From Alphaproteobacteria bacterium (GTDB lineage: Bacteria > Pseudomonadota > Alphaproteobacteria > UBA828), in NCBI GenBank assembly GCA_963422645.2, contig CAXXVO010000012.1, forward strand, positions 160,001 through 224,000: 64,000 nucleotides of DNA. The letters run 5' to 3'. Within the stretch, counting starts at the first letter, position 1; every line of letters begins with the position of its first letter. Below, piece by piece: positions 20,309-29,692 of the stretch. Position numbers and translations under genes: made by a program. Below the pieces are notes generated by a model. That model was not told the DNA's origin. It saw nothing but the letters and a program-made list of their open reading frames with translations, and made no database searches.

Positions 20309-20794
20309 TTATCGGCGGAACTCGCCCTCCACGGCCCGGCGGATGGCGGAGACAGTCTCCGTCGACAGGCCGTCCGTCTGCGCGGCCCCGCCGCCGCGCG
20401 CGGCGGCTTCCGCGAGCGTACGCTCCCGCTCGACTCTGAGCCTGTCGGCGCTTTCGATGCGGCTGAGGGCGAGCGCAAGGCGGGCGACCTCCTCAGTCTT
20501 CACCGGCTCCTCACGCTCGCCGAGGCCAGCAACGCAACTCAGCGCCAGCGTCCGCAGGGTCTCGATCGCGAGCAGGTCGGTGCGGCCCGCGGCGCGCTCC
20601 CCGGGCGCGCCCGCCCAACCCGCAGCCGCGCGCTCGGCCTCGTTCTGCCGCCCGATCAGGCCTTTCACCCGCCTCGCGTAATGGTCGATGGCCGCGCGCG
20701 AACCATGTCCGTTGCCGGGAGCGGGCGGTCGTGTCTCGGCCGGCGAGCGCCCGCTCATGCTGCCCGTCGTGCCCTTTGTGCGTTTCTGTGTCAT
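20309..20794 (-). CDS. stand-alone DUF3486 (Mu gp27-like) protein, probably N-terminally altered
   Basis: SRAAIDHY..., LLAIETLRTLA, VARLALALSRIESA, GLSTETVSAIRRAVEG C-terminus. Confidence 0.55.
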   Translation of the reverse strand: MTQKRTKGTTGSMSGRSPAETRPPAPGNGHGSRAAIDHYARRVKGLIGRQNEAERAAAGWAGAPGERAAGRTDLLAIETLRTLALSCVAGLGEREEPVKTEEVARLALALSRIESADRLRVERERTLAEAAARGGGAAQTDGLSTETVSAIRRAVEGEFRR

Positions 20795-21163
20795 GACGCG
20801 ATGCTGACGCACCCGCCATGCGCCGTGCACCGCACCATGGTGCCTGGTGCAACGCTCATCACCATCCTCTGCACTACAAGAATCTCTGATTAATCCCTTT
20901 CCATCAATCAGTTATAAACTTTCCTCTCTCCTCATGCGGATTCGGCCTCAAGTATCAGATACCAAATAGATACCGCTCCATTTCGATCTAATGCGTACTC
21001 TCGTCGCTTCAACGCTCTAAGGATTCGGTCGTGTCGTGGAGGCGGCGGACGTCGACAGCGGTGTACGGCTGGACACATGCCGGATTTCGTTCCGTGGAGA
21101 GGAATACGAGCTTCCGGTCGGCGGTGCGCAGGGGTAGTCTGGCGAGACGGGGGAGCGCCAGAT

Positions 21164-21218
21164 ATGTCGGAGCGCGACTACGAGCTGCTGGTCATAGGCT
21201 CCGGACCCGCCGGCCATC
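21164..21218 (+). pseudogene. 5' stub of FAD-dependent pyridine nucleotide oxidoreductase (SthA/Lpd-like), truncated by IS4
   Basis: GGGGAG RBS then MSERDYELLVIGSGPAG, cut at the IS end. Confidence 0.7.
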
Positions 21219-22326
21219 CAATGGCATTCACTTAGCGGTTTTCGACTGTTCACTTAAGGAGTCGTGTTCTTGCGCTGTCGGTTGCGTGCGTTTCTGTCGT
21301 TCAGGTGTTCAGGCGACGGCCCGCTTTGCGCGTGCCCACTTGCCGCGGGGTTTGCGCGACCTGCGTTCGCAGGACCGGCCGGGGCGCGGGCGCTGACGCG
21401 CCTGGTTGATGCAGGAGAGGACATGGCTGAGGGTTTCGGCGACCATCGCCGTATGGCGCAGCAGCAGCGCTTCGAGGTTGCGCGCGACGGTGGCGAGGCC
21501 GTTGCTGAAGTTGGCTTTCATCGCCGGCTTGCCGTCGGCAGGGCGCTCGGCGTCGAGGCTTGCGTTGCTGCGGTTGGTGAAGAGCCGGGTCATGGCGATG
21601 AGGTTGAAGTGGGCGAAGAGCTCCTGGCGGACGCCGCGCTCGGTCTGGCTGTGGAAGGCCTCGACGGCCATGGCCTGTTTCGAGGTCTTGTAGAGTTCCT
21701 CGATTCCCCAGCGCGCGTGATAGAGCTCGGCCAGTTCCGCGACGCTCCAGGCCTTGGGGTCGAGGAGGGTGGTGGCGAGGATGAAGACCGTGCTGCCGGT
21801 GCGGTAGCGGACCAGTCGCAGGCGCAGCGGGGTGGCGTCGACGTGCGGCGTCTTGCGGCGCAGCTTTCTCAGGGTGTCCTTTCCGGGAGCGACGGTGATC
21901 GGCGCGTCCGTGCGGCCGTCGGCGATGAAGGCGCTCATCGAGGGCGGCGCCTGCCTTCTTCTTGATCCGGAACACGGGGTGCAGGCCGCGGGCGACATGG
22001 GCGTGCAGCATCTCCCAAGAGTAGTAGCCGCGGTCATAGACCACGATGTCGTTGGCCGAGAGCGCCTTGAGGTGGGCGAGGGCGGCCCTTCTTTCGTCGC
22101 CGTGCGCGACCAGGTCGAAGTCCACCGGGATGTTCGCGTGCAGCCGGTAGAGGCAACTCAGCAGGCCCTGCGGGTAGTGGGCCGCCTCGGAGGGCGTGCG
22201 GTAGCCGGCCTTGAGCAGCGGCCGCGGCAGGTTGAGCTTGGAGCCGTCGACCGCGAACACGCGGTGGCCCTTCCAGGCCGGGCCGTCGGCGCGCTTGAGG
22301 ATCTCGGCGTGCAGCGTCTTGATCAC
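21219..22326 (-). mobile_element. truncated, frameshifted IS4-family element
   Basis: VFAVDGSKL, VYDRGY, YHARWGIEELYK split over two frames (shift near 21935); end sequence CAATGGCATTCACTTA; 5' part missing. Confidence 0.82.
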
Positions 22327-22329
22327 CGC

Positions 22330-23648
22330 GGGCTCCAGGAACGGAGCTGAGCGTTGCGGGGCAGAGGCTCGGCGGCAGCGAGGCGCCGGAGGAGGCTCGG
22401 GCGAGCGAGGCCGAGGCCGGTCTCGAAGCGCTTGCGGACTGGCTGCGCGGCGAAGACGACGAGGGCCGCACGGGCTTCGAATCGCGACCGGTGACAGGCC
22501 GCGACGTCCTGACCGGGTCTTCGTTCGCGCTCACGGAGGGCTCGACGGAGGCCGGCTTCGGTGCGGTGTGGGGCCGGGGCGCGATCTCGCGCTTCGACGG
22601 GCGTCAGGGCGACCTCACGCTCGACGGCGAAGTGCTGAGCAGCATGCTGGGCGCCGACTGGACGGGCGGGCCAGGGACCGCGGGGTTCATGGTCGCTCAT
22701 TCCCGCGGCGAGGGCAGCTACCACGCGGGGGCGGGCGGGGGCGAGGTCTCCTTGACCTTGACCGGGATCTACCCCTATGGCCGCTATGCGGTGGATGAAG
22801 GCCTGTCCCTATGGGGTGTGCTCGGCCACGGCGCCGGCAAGCTTACTCTCACGCCGGAGGGCAGCACGCCGCTCAAGGCCGATATCGATCTGACGATGGC
22901 GGCAGCAGGCACCAGGGACACGATTCTCGAAGGTGACGACGACGGAGCAACGCTGGCGTTGACGGCCGACGGGCTGGCGGCCTCGAAGGCCAATGTGACA
23001 CGCCTGCGTCTGGGCCTCGAGGGATCGCTGCCGTCAACGCTGGAGGGCGGGGCCCTGCTCACGCCGAGTGCCAAGATCGGGCTGCGCCATGACGGCGGCG
23101 ATGCTGAGACAGGCTTCGGAGCTGACATCGGCGCTGGGCTCTCCTGGACGGATGCGGCACGCGGCCTGAATGCCGAAATCCGTGGTCGTGGATTACTGAC
23201 CCATGAGGACGGGGGCTTCCGGGAGCGCGGCTTCGCCGCCTCGCTTGCCTGGAACCCGACACCGGGCTCCGCACTCGGCCCATCGATCGCCCTGCGCCAG
23301 ACGGCGGGCGCTTCAGCGAGTGGCGGCATGGATGCGCTGCTCTCGCGGGGGACGATGGCGGGCCTCGCCGCCAATGACAACGACAATGACGTGGATGTTG
23401 CACACCGTTTGGAGGTCAAGCTGAGCTATGGACTGCCCGCGTTCGGCAGCCGATTCATCGGCACACCCGAAATGGGGTTCGGGTTCTCGGATACGGGCCG
23501 CGACTACAGTCTGGGCTGGGGCCTCGGTCTTGCGCGGCAAGACCGGACATCCCTCGATCTCTCCCTTGAGGGGACGCGGCGCGAAAGCGCGAACGATGAC
23601 GGCAAGCCGGAGCACGGAATCGGCCTCAGGCTAAAAGCACGTTGGTAA
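22330..23648 (+). pseudogene. 5'-truncated autotransporter beta-barrel domain
   Basis: VWGRGA, MLGADW, GLRHDGGDAETGFG, C-terminal GLRLKARW; passenger domain missing. Confidence 0.78.
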
Positions 23649-23874
23649 GCGTGGGTTTGCCCTGAGGCGTGGTTGCCAATCCTGGGAGCGATTCAGCCCC
23701 GAGTACTGCGGCCCGCCATCGCTGAGCACTGGATGGTAACGGACCGGCGAACACGACGATCGTGATGGGCATTGAGTAATTGGCTGCGAGTGTTTTCGTC
23801 GCAACGATTGGCGGGTAGCCGAAGCGCCAAGCTGTTGTTCAGCACGGTGGAATGACGCCGATCGGCGCGATAAC

Positions 23875-23974
23875 CTCAGACTTCCTGACCTCTGCTGATT
23901 TTAGGTGACACGAGCCGCGCGGATTCCGAGGCCCCGTCGATGTCGTAGACTATGCGCAGACGGGTGCCGGGGAA
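23875..23974 (-). mobile_element. ISNCY-like element copy A, terminal piece
   Basis: Matches 32203-32302 including the IR CTCAGACTTCCTGACCTC. Confidence 0.9.
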
Positions 23975-24073
23975 TGAGCGTGCGCCCAGCATTTGATGGT
24001 GCGGTTTTCGGATTATTTGATGTTCGTGATGCGGCGCTTGGTTGATCTGCGAGAGCGGTGAGTGGCCTGGCTT

Positions 24074-24943
24074 TCATCGAGACCGCAGGAGCATCTCGTT
24101 CCAGTCCTTGGCGTGTCGTGGGCGCAACCTTTTCACCCTTGGATCGTTGAGCACGAGATGCTCGGCGGCAGTGTCGCCGGCGCTGTCTGCGTCGTAGGCA
24201 CAGACGATGCGACGTGGCTTCCACTCCTTGATCCAGGGCGGGACCGAGCTGGCGATGCCGGCGGTTGAGGCGACGACGGCGCCGTTCTCGCGCGTCCCCT
24301 CGACGCGCAGGCTTCGTGCAGAGATGGCGTCGACGGCGCTCTCGGTGAGGATGACGAGGGCGGGCTGGTTTCGGTCGCAGTGGAGCCAGAAGCCGCCACG
24401 CGCCTTGCGCGATCCCGGGGCCATGCCCCTGAAGCGTTTTGTTCCGGGCTGCGGCGCGGTGCCGAGGATCTCGGCGCCGGTCGTGTGCCCGCTGGCGTTT
24501 CGGCAGATGAAGACGGCGTTGATCCTGTCATCGGCGTAGAGGAGGCCTCGGCCGTGGCAGGCTTCGAGCACGTCGGTGCCGATAGCGCGTTGGCGGATGA
24601 GGGCGTCCCGGACCCTGGGCCAGGCGCGGGGACTGGGCCTTGGCAGCCGCAGGCGTCGCGGGGCGGCTGGGATGGTGGTGATCTCCCTCCGCCCCTCATG
24701 GCTTCCGAGGAAGCGGAGGGCTTCCGGGAAGCGGCATCCCGTCGCATGGATGACGAGGTCGATGGCGCCACCCCCTCCCGTGCCGCGCAGGTGATCGAAG
24801 AACTTCTCGCCGTTGATGCTGATGACCGAGCCCCCGCGCTTGAAGCGCGCCCGGTCGGTCGGGTCTCTGCGGTAGCCGAGGGCGGCGGCGACCCGGTCGA
24901 GGGGGATGTTGCGGCAGGTGGCCAGGGGATCGCCGCCGCTCAT
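24074..24943 (-). CDS. DUF3991/Toprim primase-like protein
   Basis: FFDH...GGGGAIDLV N-domain; ILTESAVDAIS, CAYDADSAG, KDWNEML Toprim motifs. Confidence 0.82.
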   Translation of the reverse strand: MSGGDPLATCRNIPLDRVAAALGYRRDPTDRARFKRGGSVISINGEKFFDHLRGTGGGGAIDLVIHATGCRFPEALRFLGSHEGRREITTIPAAPRRLRLPRPSPRAWPRVRDALIRQRAIGTDVLEACHGRGLLYADDRINAVFICRNASGHTTGAEILGTAPQPGTKRFRGMAPGSRKARGGFWLHCDRNQPALVILTESAVDAISARSLRVEGTRENGAVVASTAGIASSVPPWIKEWKPRRIVCAYDADSAGDTAAEHLVLNDPRVKRLRPRHAKDWNEMLLRSR

Positions 24944-24986
24944 TGCCGGGTCCCGGCGAAGGTCTGCTTGGAAGGGAGGCTGACGG

Positions 24987-25043
24987 CGTTCCCGTTCCTG
25001 TACCCTTCAACGCTTAAGAGTTCCGGGAACGGGAACGGGAACG
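24987..25043. repeat. inverted GGGAAC hexamer array (candidate iteron origin)
   Basis: GTTCCC-GTTCC (24988-24998), AT-richer spacer, GTTCC, then GGGAAC x3 (25025-25042). Confidence 0.7.
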
Positions 25044-25045
25044 CC

Positions 25046-26044
25046 TCATCCCGCACTTCCGTTGATGGCGGCAGGGGATTGCGGCTCCCGGTGCGCCTCG
25101 GCGGCTGCGAGGCGATAGCCACCCCTGGGCGCCCGTTCGATGCGCCCCTCCCTGGTGAGGCTCTCGATGGCGGCAACGACGGTGGCGTTGCGGGCAGCGG
25201 CGCGTGAGCGGATCTGGGCTTTCGAGAGCGGCTTTTCGGCCTGCTCGATCGCCTTGAAGACGCGCTGCTCGACGGTGGCGGGCTCGTGCCTGTCTTCATC
25301 TGCCGCGTCCTGGTGCAGACGGAAGGCCGGCCCATGTCCGCCGTCGACGAGTTCCAGCTCGATGTCGTTGAGGCCCCGGGCGTCGCGCTGCTCGACCGTC
25401 ATGACGATCTTCTTGTCGCGCCGGCGCAGGTACAGATTTGAGTCACCCCAAGCGTGCAGCTCGCTGCTCCCGCGCAGGGCCTGCCCCGGCCGGGTGCCGC
25501 CGCTCTTGCGGGCGTGGTGGACGAGGAGGACGGCGGTTTCGAAGCGGCGCTGCAGTTCGCGCAGGAAGCCGAGGATGGGGGCGATCTCTGCGACGGCGTT
25601 CTCGTCGACGCTGTGCAGGCGGACCAGGGGATCGAGGATCAGGAGGCGCGGTTCGATGCGCTCCACGGTCTCCTGCAGGCGCTGACGGTCGATGCGCTGG
25701 TCGAGACGCAGGGTGGGCACGTCGATGACGGCGATGTCGAGTTCGTCGAAGGGGGTGGCGGCGGCGCGGGCGATCCCCTGCAGACGCTTGCGCACCCTGT
25801 GGCCGGCGTCCTCGGCGGCGAAGAGCAGCACGGTGCCGCTTGCGCTGGGGCGGTAGTGGCGCAGGCATGGGACGCCGGTGGCCACGGCGACGGCGAGATC
25901 GAGCGCGAGCAGGGATTTGCCGCACTTGGGCTCGCCGCCGACGATGCCCACGGCCTGCTCGGCCCACAGCGTGTCCACCATCCACTGTTGCGCCCGGGGG
26001 CGATCCTCGAGCTGCATCGGCGCCCGTGTCGGGAAGCCCTTCAC
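25046..26044 (-). CDS. AAA_25 / RepA-like RecA-fold helicase with C-terminal wHTH
   Basis: GGEPKCGKS Walker A, AEDA, LILDPL Walker B, LVHHARK, LRGSS; GTGA-coupled to the upstream ATPase. Confidence 0.85.
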   Translation of the reverse strand: MKGFPTRAPMQLEDRPRAQQWMVDTLWAEQAVGIVGGEPKCGKSLLALDLAVAVATGVPCLRHYRPSASGTVLLFAAEDAGHRVRKRLQGIARAAATPFDELDIAVIDVPTLRLDQRIDRQRLQETVERIEPRLLILDPLVRLHSVDENAVAEIAPILGFLRELQRRFETAVLLVHHARKSGGTRPGQALRGSSELHAWGDSNLYLRRRDKKIVMTVEQRDARGLNDIELELVDGGHGPAFRLHQDAADEDRHEPATVEQRVFKAIEQAEKPLSKAQIRSRAAARNATVVAAIESLTREGRIERAPRGGYRLAAAEAHREPQSPAAINGSAG

Positions 26045-26874
26045 CGCCGTGCCCTCTTCGGCTTGGCGGGCTCGCCCAGGATCTCCATGAAGAGCTTCTC
26101 GTCGAGAACCTCGCGGTTCTTCTCGGCGCCGGCGGCGAGCAGCATGTCGCCCATGACGGTAAGCGCCCTGGGGTTGCCGCCGGCGTGGGTGACCAGGGTG
26201 TCCTTGAGCTCTGCGCTCATGAGGCCCGGATTGCCGGCCTGCTCGACCAGATGGTCGAGCAGGGCCGCGAGGTCGCCGGCGTCTGCCTGGGTCATGACCA
26301 GGCGCTGGCGCAGGCGCGAGGCGATGGGCTGCAAGTCGGGCTGGCGGAGCCTGTCGATCAGGCGGCTGTCGCCGGCGAAGACGACCGAGAGGATGGCGCG
26401 CGAGTCGAAGTCGGTGGACGCCAGCAGGCGGATCTCGGAGATCACCGAGGGCAGCAGCTCCTGGGCCTCGTCGATGAGCACCACGGGCCGCATGCGGGTG
26501 TCGTCGACATGGGTGAGCCATCGCTCGCGCAGGTTTTTGAAGCTGGCCCAGCGGTTGTTGTACATCAGGTCGACGCCGAACATCCCGCCGATCTCGCGGT
26601 AGAAGTCGGACAGCCTGGAAGAGGGGTGGGTGATGGCACAGACCCTGAGCCCGTCCGAGCGGCCGAGGCGGTCGGCGAGCACGCGCAACGCCACGCTCTT
26701 TCCGGTGCCGGGCTCGCCGGCGATCAACGCGAAGCCGCCCTGGCGCACAAGATGATGCTCGATTCTGAGGCAGAAGCTGTCGACGGCGGGGCTCACCATG
26801 AGGCTGTCGACCGGAAGGTCGGTGGCGAAGGGGTTCCATTTGAGCCCGTAGAAGGTGAGCAGCTCGCGGTTCAT
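26041..26874 (-). CDS. ExeA-type AAA+ ATPase (transposition helper)
   Basis: FYGLKWNPF, GEPGTGKS, LIDEAQ, IASR, GGNPR. Confidence 0.9.
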   Translation of the reverse strand: MNRELLTFYGLKWNPFATDLPVDSLMVSPAVDSFCLRIEHHLVRQGGFALIAGEPGTGKSVALRVLADRLGRSDGLRVCAITHPSSRLSDFYREIGGMFGVDLMYNNRWASFKNLRERWLTHVDDTRMRPVVLIDEAQELLPSVISEIRLLASTDFDSRAILSVVFAGDSRLIDRLRQPDLQPIASRLRQRLVMTQADAGDLAALLDHLVEQAGNPGLMSAELKDTLVTHAGGNPRALTVMGDMLLAAGAEKNREVLDEKLFMEILGEPAKPKRARR

Positions 26875-28346
26875 GACGGATCTCCCTGATCGTCGTCCTC
26901 GCCCGGACCGGGCGTCTTGTTATGGGGTACCCAGGCCGGCGGCAGGCCTGTTGCGGCCTGGGCGTCGAGCACGCCCTTGAGCAGCGGCGGAAGTTCGCCG
27001 ACGCCCGCGCTGGCGCCGCCATGGTCGCTGCCGGGTCTCGCAGGACGGCGGACGCCATCGGCGTTGCCGCGCTTGTCGAGGGGGTACAGCGTGCACAGCC
27101 GCTCGCCGCTTCGGCCTTCCACCAGATCGACGCCGCTGAGGTCCCAGCGCGCATAGCGGACCCAGAGCGTCCTCAGGTGGCGCCACGGCTGTGGCACCTG
27201 GTAGCGGATGCCCTCGACCGAGACGGTGCCGTCCGAGCGCCTGAGCGTGCGCTTCCTGGCGATGCGGAAGGCCGCCTTGAGCTCGTCCGAGGCGGGGCAG
27301 GGCCTCGATGCCTTGACGCTCCCGGCGAGGCGTTCATGCGGCGTCATGCCGAGCTCGCGGTGCACCCGCCGATGGTAGTCCTGCTCCAGCCAGGCTATGG
27401 TGGCGTCGTTGAGCATCTTCAGGGTGAGCGCGTCGACGCCTTCGAGCTGAGCCATCAGGCGGCCCTCGACCGTGCCCCAGAACGACTCGATTTTTCCATT
27501 TTGATGGGGGCTGTAAGCGAGTGTCGTGGCCCCCACGATGCCGAGGCGGTGCAAGCCCTCCTCGACCTCGCCCGCCGTCATCGGCCCGCCGTTGTCGGTC
27601 AGCAGGGACCTGGGCAAGTCCCTCTTCATGAAGGCCTGACAGAGCCCGTGGACGAAGACCTCGGCGGTCTCCTCCAGGTACCACTGCAGGTGGCAGCCAA
27701 GCCTGGAGTGGTCGTCGAGGAAGCCGAGCAGGATGGGCGTCTGCCATTCGCCCGACGCCGTCAGCACGCGGCGCTTGCCGTGGTGGAAGTCCCCGTGCCA
27801 CAGCGCGTGACTGCGAGACACCTCGTAGCTAAGGACCTCGCGGGCTTCGACCGCCGGCTTGTCCTCACCCTCGTGCCACTTCCTGGGGCGCTCGCGCACC
27901 AGGCCGCGATTGCGCATCGCCCGCGTCAGCGTCGCGTAGGACGGCATCGGGCCGAGCTCGGGATGGGTCGCAACATGAGCCTTGAGGGTCTCGTAGTGGA
28001 GCTGCGCCGCCCACGAGGGATGGACCCGGTACTGCTCGCGCAGCGCCGCGATCAGCCCCGCCGACATGGACCGCTCGCGGCCGACGTCGGTCCGAGGCTT
28101 CCGGCGCAGCGCCTTGACCGGGTCCTGCTCCTCTGCCCGCGCCCGGTAGTACCAGCGCTCGATCGTCGAGGCCGCAAAGCGCACCGGCCCCTTGCCCGAC
28201 GGGTGCTCCCAGTCGCGCTGCGACAGACGCTCGAACTCGGCCCCCAGCTGGCCTGCAGGCGGCGGTGAAGCCAGAAGCGGCCCCACCACCGCAAAGCGCA
28301 GCCGGGCCCACTTCTCGCGCCTGGCGCCCGCGTCGTCCTTGTCCAT
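26871..28346 (-). CDS. DDE integrase/transposase (rve core with Mu-transposase-like C-terminus)
   Basis: WHGDFHH, LDDHSR, LTDNG, NGKIESF; YHRRVHRELGMTP; DGTVSVEGIRYQV. Confidence 0.92.
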   Translation of the reverse strand: MDKDDAGARREKWARLRFAVVGPLLASPPPAGQLGAEFERLSQRDWEHPSGKGPVRFAASTIERWYYRARAEEQDPVKALRRKPRTDVGRERSMSAGLIAALREQYRVHPSWAAQLHYETLKAHVATHPELGPMPSYATLTRAMRNRGLVRERPRKWHEGEDKPAVEAREVLSYEVSRSHALWHGDFHHGKRRVLTASGEWQTPILLGFLDDHSRLGCHLQWYLEETAEVFVHGLCQAFMKRDLPRSLLTDNGGPMTAGEVEEGLHRLGIVGATTLAYSPHQNGKIESFWGTVEGRLMAQLEGVDALTLKMLNDATIAWLEQDYHRRVHRELGMTPHERLAGSVKASRPCPASDELKAAFRIARKRTLRRSDGTVSVEGIRYQVPQPWRHLRTLWVRYARWDLSGVDLVEGRSGERLCTLYPLDKRGNADGVRRPARPGSDHGGASAGVGELPPLLKGVLDAQAATGLPPAWVPHNKTPGPGEDDDQGDPS

Positions 28347-28395
28347 TCCGGCATCCCTCCCTCGCCGCATCGGAGAGATGCCCATGTAGAACGCC

Positions 28396-29013
28396 CTATC
28401 CGGGCGTGACAGGAACACTTTCTGCGGGCGGCGCCGAGCCATCGCCGAGCCCGCAATAGCCCGTCCACGGCTTGAACCAGATCAGGCTCAGGAACAGACG
28501 CTCACCGAAGCGTCCGCCCCGCATCTGCCGCAGCACGAAGAGCAGCGGCACCTCCTCGGGTGGCATCACCAGTTCGCCACGCTTCGCTCCCCAGGGCTCC
28601 GTCGCCGGGAACGCCTCCAGCCACCACTTCCGCCAGCGGCGCAGTGTGGCGACCGAGACCCCCCACTTCCGCTTGATCGTCTGCAACCGCACCCCGCCTC
28701 TCAGAACCAGTGCACTCAACAGAACGAACAGGGCGCCCAGATAAAAGCGGCGCCCGAAGAATCGTACCGATGGTGGGGTCGCTCGCAGGCGGCAATCCGC
28801 GCAGCAGAAGCTGAACCGCCGCGTGCCCTCTTCCCTCAACTCGGCTGCCAGACCGTACGGCTTGCGCGGATACGTCGCGCTGTGCAGCTTGCCGGGGCAG
28901 TGTCGGCAGCCCGCCTCGCGGCAGCGCGCCGCCTCGGCCTCATCGACCTCGCGCAGCCAGGCCCAGACCAGGGCGTTGCAAAGCATGGAGTGGCGGAAAA
29001 TGTTGTGCGACAT
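28396..29013 (-). CDS. Zn-binding/HTH accessory protein (DUF6431-like)
   Basis: CRHC...FSFCCADCR...PPSVRFFGRR, SVATLRRWRKWW; first gene of the element. Confidence 0.6.
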   Translation of the reverse strand: MSHNIFRHSMLCNALVWAWLREVDEAEAARCREAGCRHCPGKLHSATYPRKPYGLAAELREEGTRRFSFCCADCRLRATPPSVRFFGRRFYLGALFVLLSALVLRGGVRLQTIKRKWGVSVATLRRWRKWWLEAFPATEPWGAKRGELVMPPEEVPLLFVLRQMRGGRFGERLFLSLIWFKPWTGYCGLGDGSAPPAESVPVTPG

Positions 29014-29061
29014 TGGGGCCGTCTCTGGCGATTGTGACCGTCACCACGAGACAAAGCCCCC

Positions 29062-29086
29062 CGGCGAACTTCTTGCAAGTTCGCCG
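29062..29086. promoter_or_regulatory. perfect 10-bp inverted repeat upstream of the transposon operon
   Basis: CGGCGAACTT-cttgc-AAGTTCGCCG. Confidence 0.5.
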
Positions 29087-29163
29087 AGGGGCACCCGCCC
29101 CAAAACCTCAACAAATCCGAGCGGATCAGGCCCCGATCCCCGCTGAAAGACCGCGCGCGCTCA

Positions 29164-29413
29164 GGGAAGACCGTTTCGGTGGCGTTCAGGTCGCTCAGAA
29201 CCGCATCGATCCAACGGTCGCAGGCGTCGTTTGCGAGGCCAAGAATGTGGACCCGCAGGAGGCCATTGCCAGGATCCGGCAGGATGTCGGCATCGGCGGT
29301 GAGCAGCGCTTGAAGCAGTTTCCGGGGATGGGGCTTGTGGCCCTGCGCCTGCATGACGGGAAGCATCATGCGGGTTTCGGCGCGGTAGGCGATCATCCGG
29401 ATGACGTCGAGGA
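29164..29413 (-). pseudogene. ISNCY-like copy A transposase fragment
   Basis: Matches 32298-32547; ends where the Mu-like terminus begins. Confidence 0.9.
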
Positions 29414-29490
29414 TGTAGACGGACGAAAGTCGTTGTGAATCGGGTCAAGGGGTGGAATCAGGCGGAATCGGGCGGAAGGTGGCGGAATCT
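29414..29490 (+). mobile_element. orphan Mu-like terminus
   Basis: TGTAGACGGACGAAAGTCGTTGTGAATC vs TGTAGGGGGACGAAAGTCATTGCGAATC at 2347; cut by IS21. Confidence 0.8.
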
Positions 29491-29692
29491 TGTCAATCGG
29501 CTTTCAATACTGACCCCCGATCGGCGTGCAAAATTGACCCCCCTGAGTGGCACGGCGGAGGTTGTCCCGGTAGCCAATAGGGGGGACCCGCGCGGCTTCG
29601 TGTGGCGCCCTGCGCTACGCGGAGCGAAGCCGCGTGGGGGGTCCCTGTTGGCCCACCGGGGCAACCGGGCCGCAAGGGAGGCCGGCGGCGGG

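Larger units (their letters stand above)
23975..29163 (-). mobile_element. 5.2-kb TG...CA transposon: Zn/HTH helper, DDE transposase, ExeA-type ATPase, AAA_25 helicase-like, Toprim primase-like
   Basis: Ends TGAGCGTGCGC / GCGCGCGCTCA; GGGAA duplicated at 23970-23974 and 29164-29168; flanks rejoin as in the intact copy at 32298-32302. Confidence 0.92.

Noticed and set aside
21900-21970. Programmed frameshift in the IS4 transposase
   Set aside because: Element is 5'-truncated and IS4 transposases are normally single ORFs; decay is simpler
26041-26874. Type II secretion ExeA/GspA
   Set aside because: Coupled to a transposase inside a bounded element; no secretion genes or peptidoglycan-binding domain
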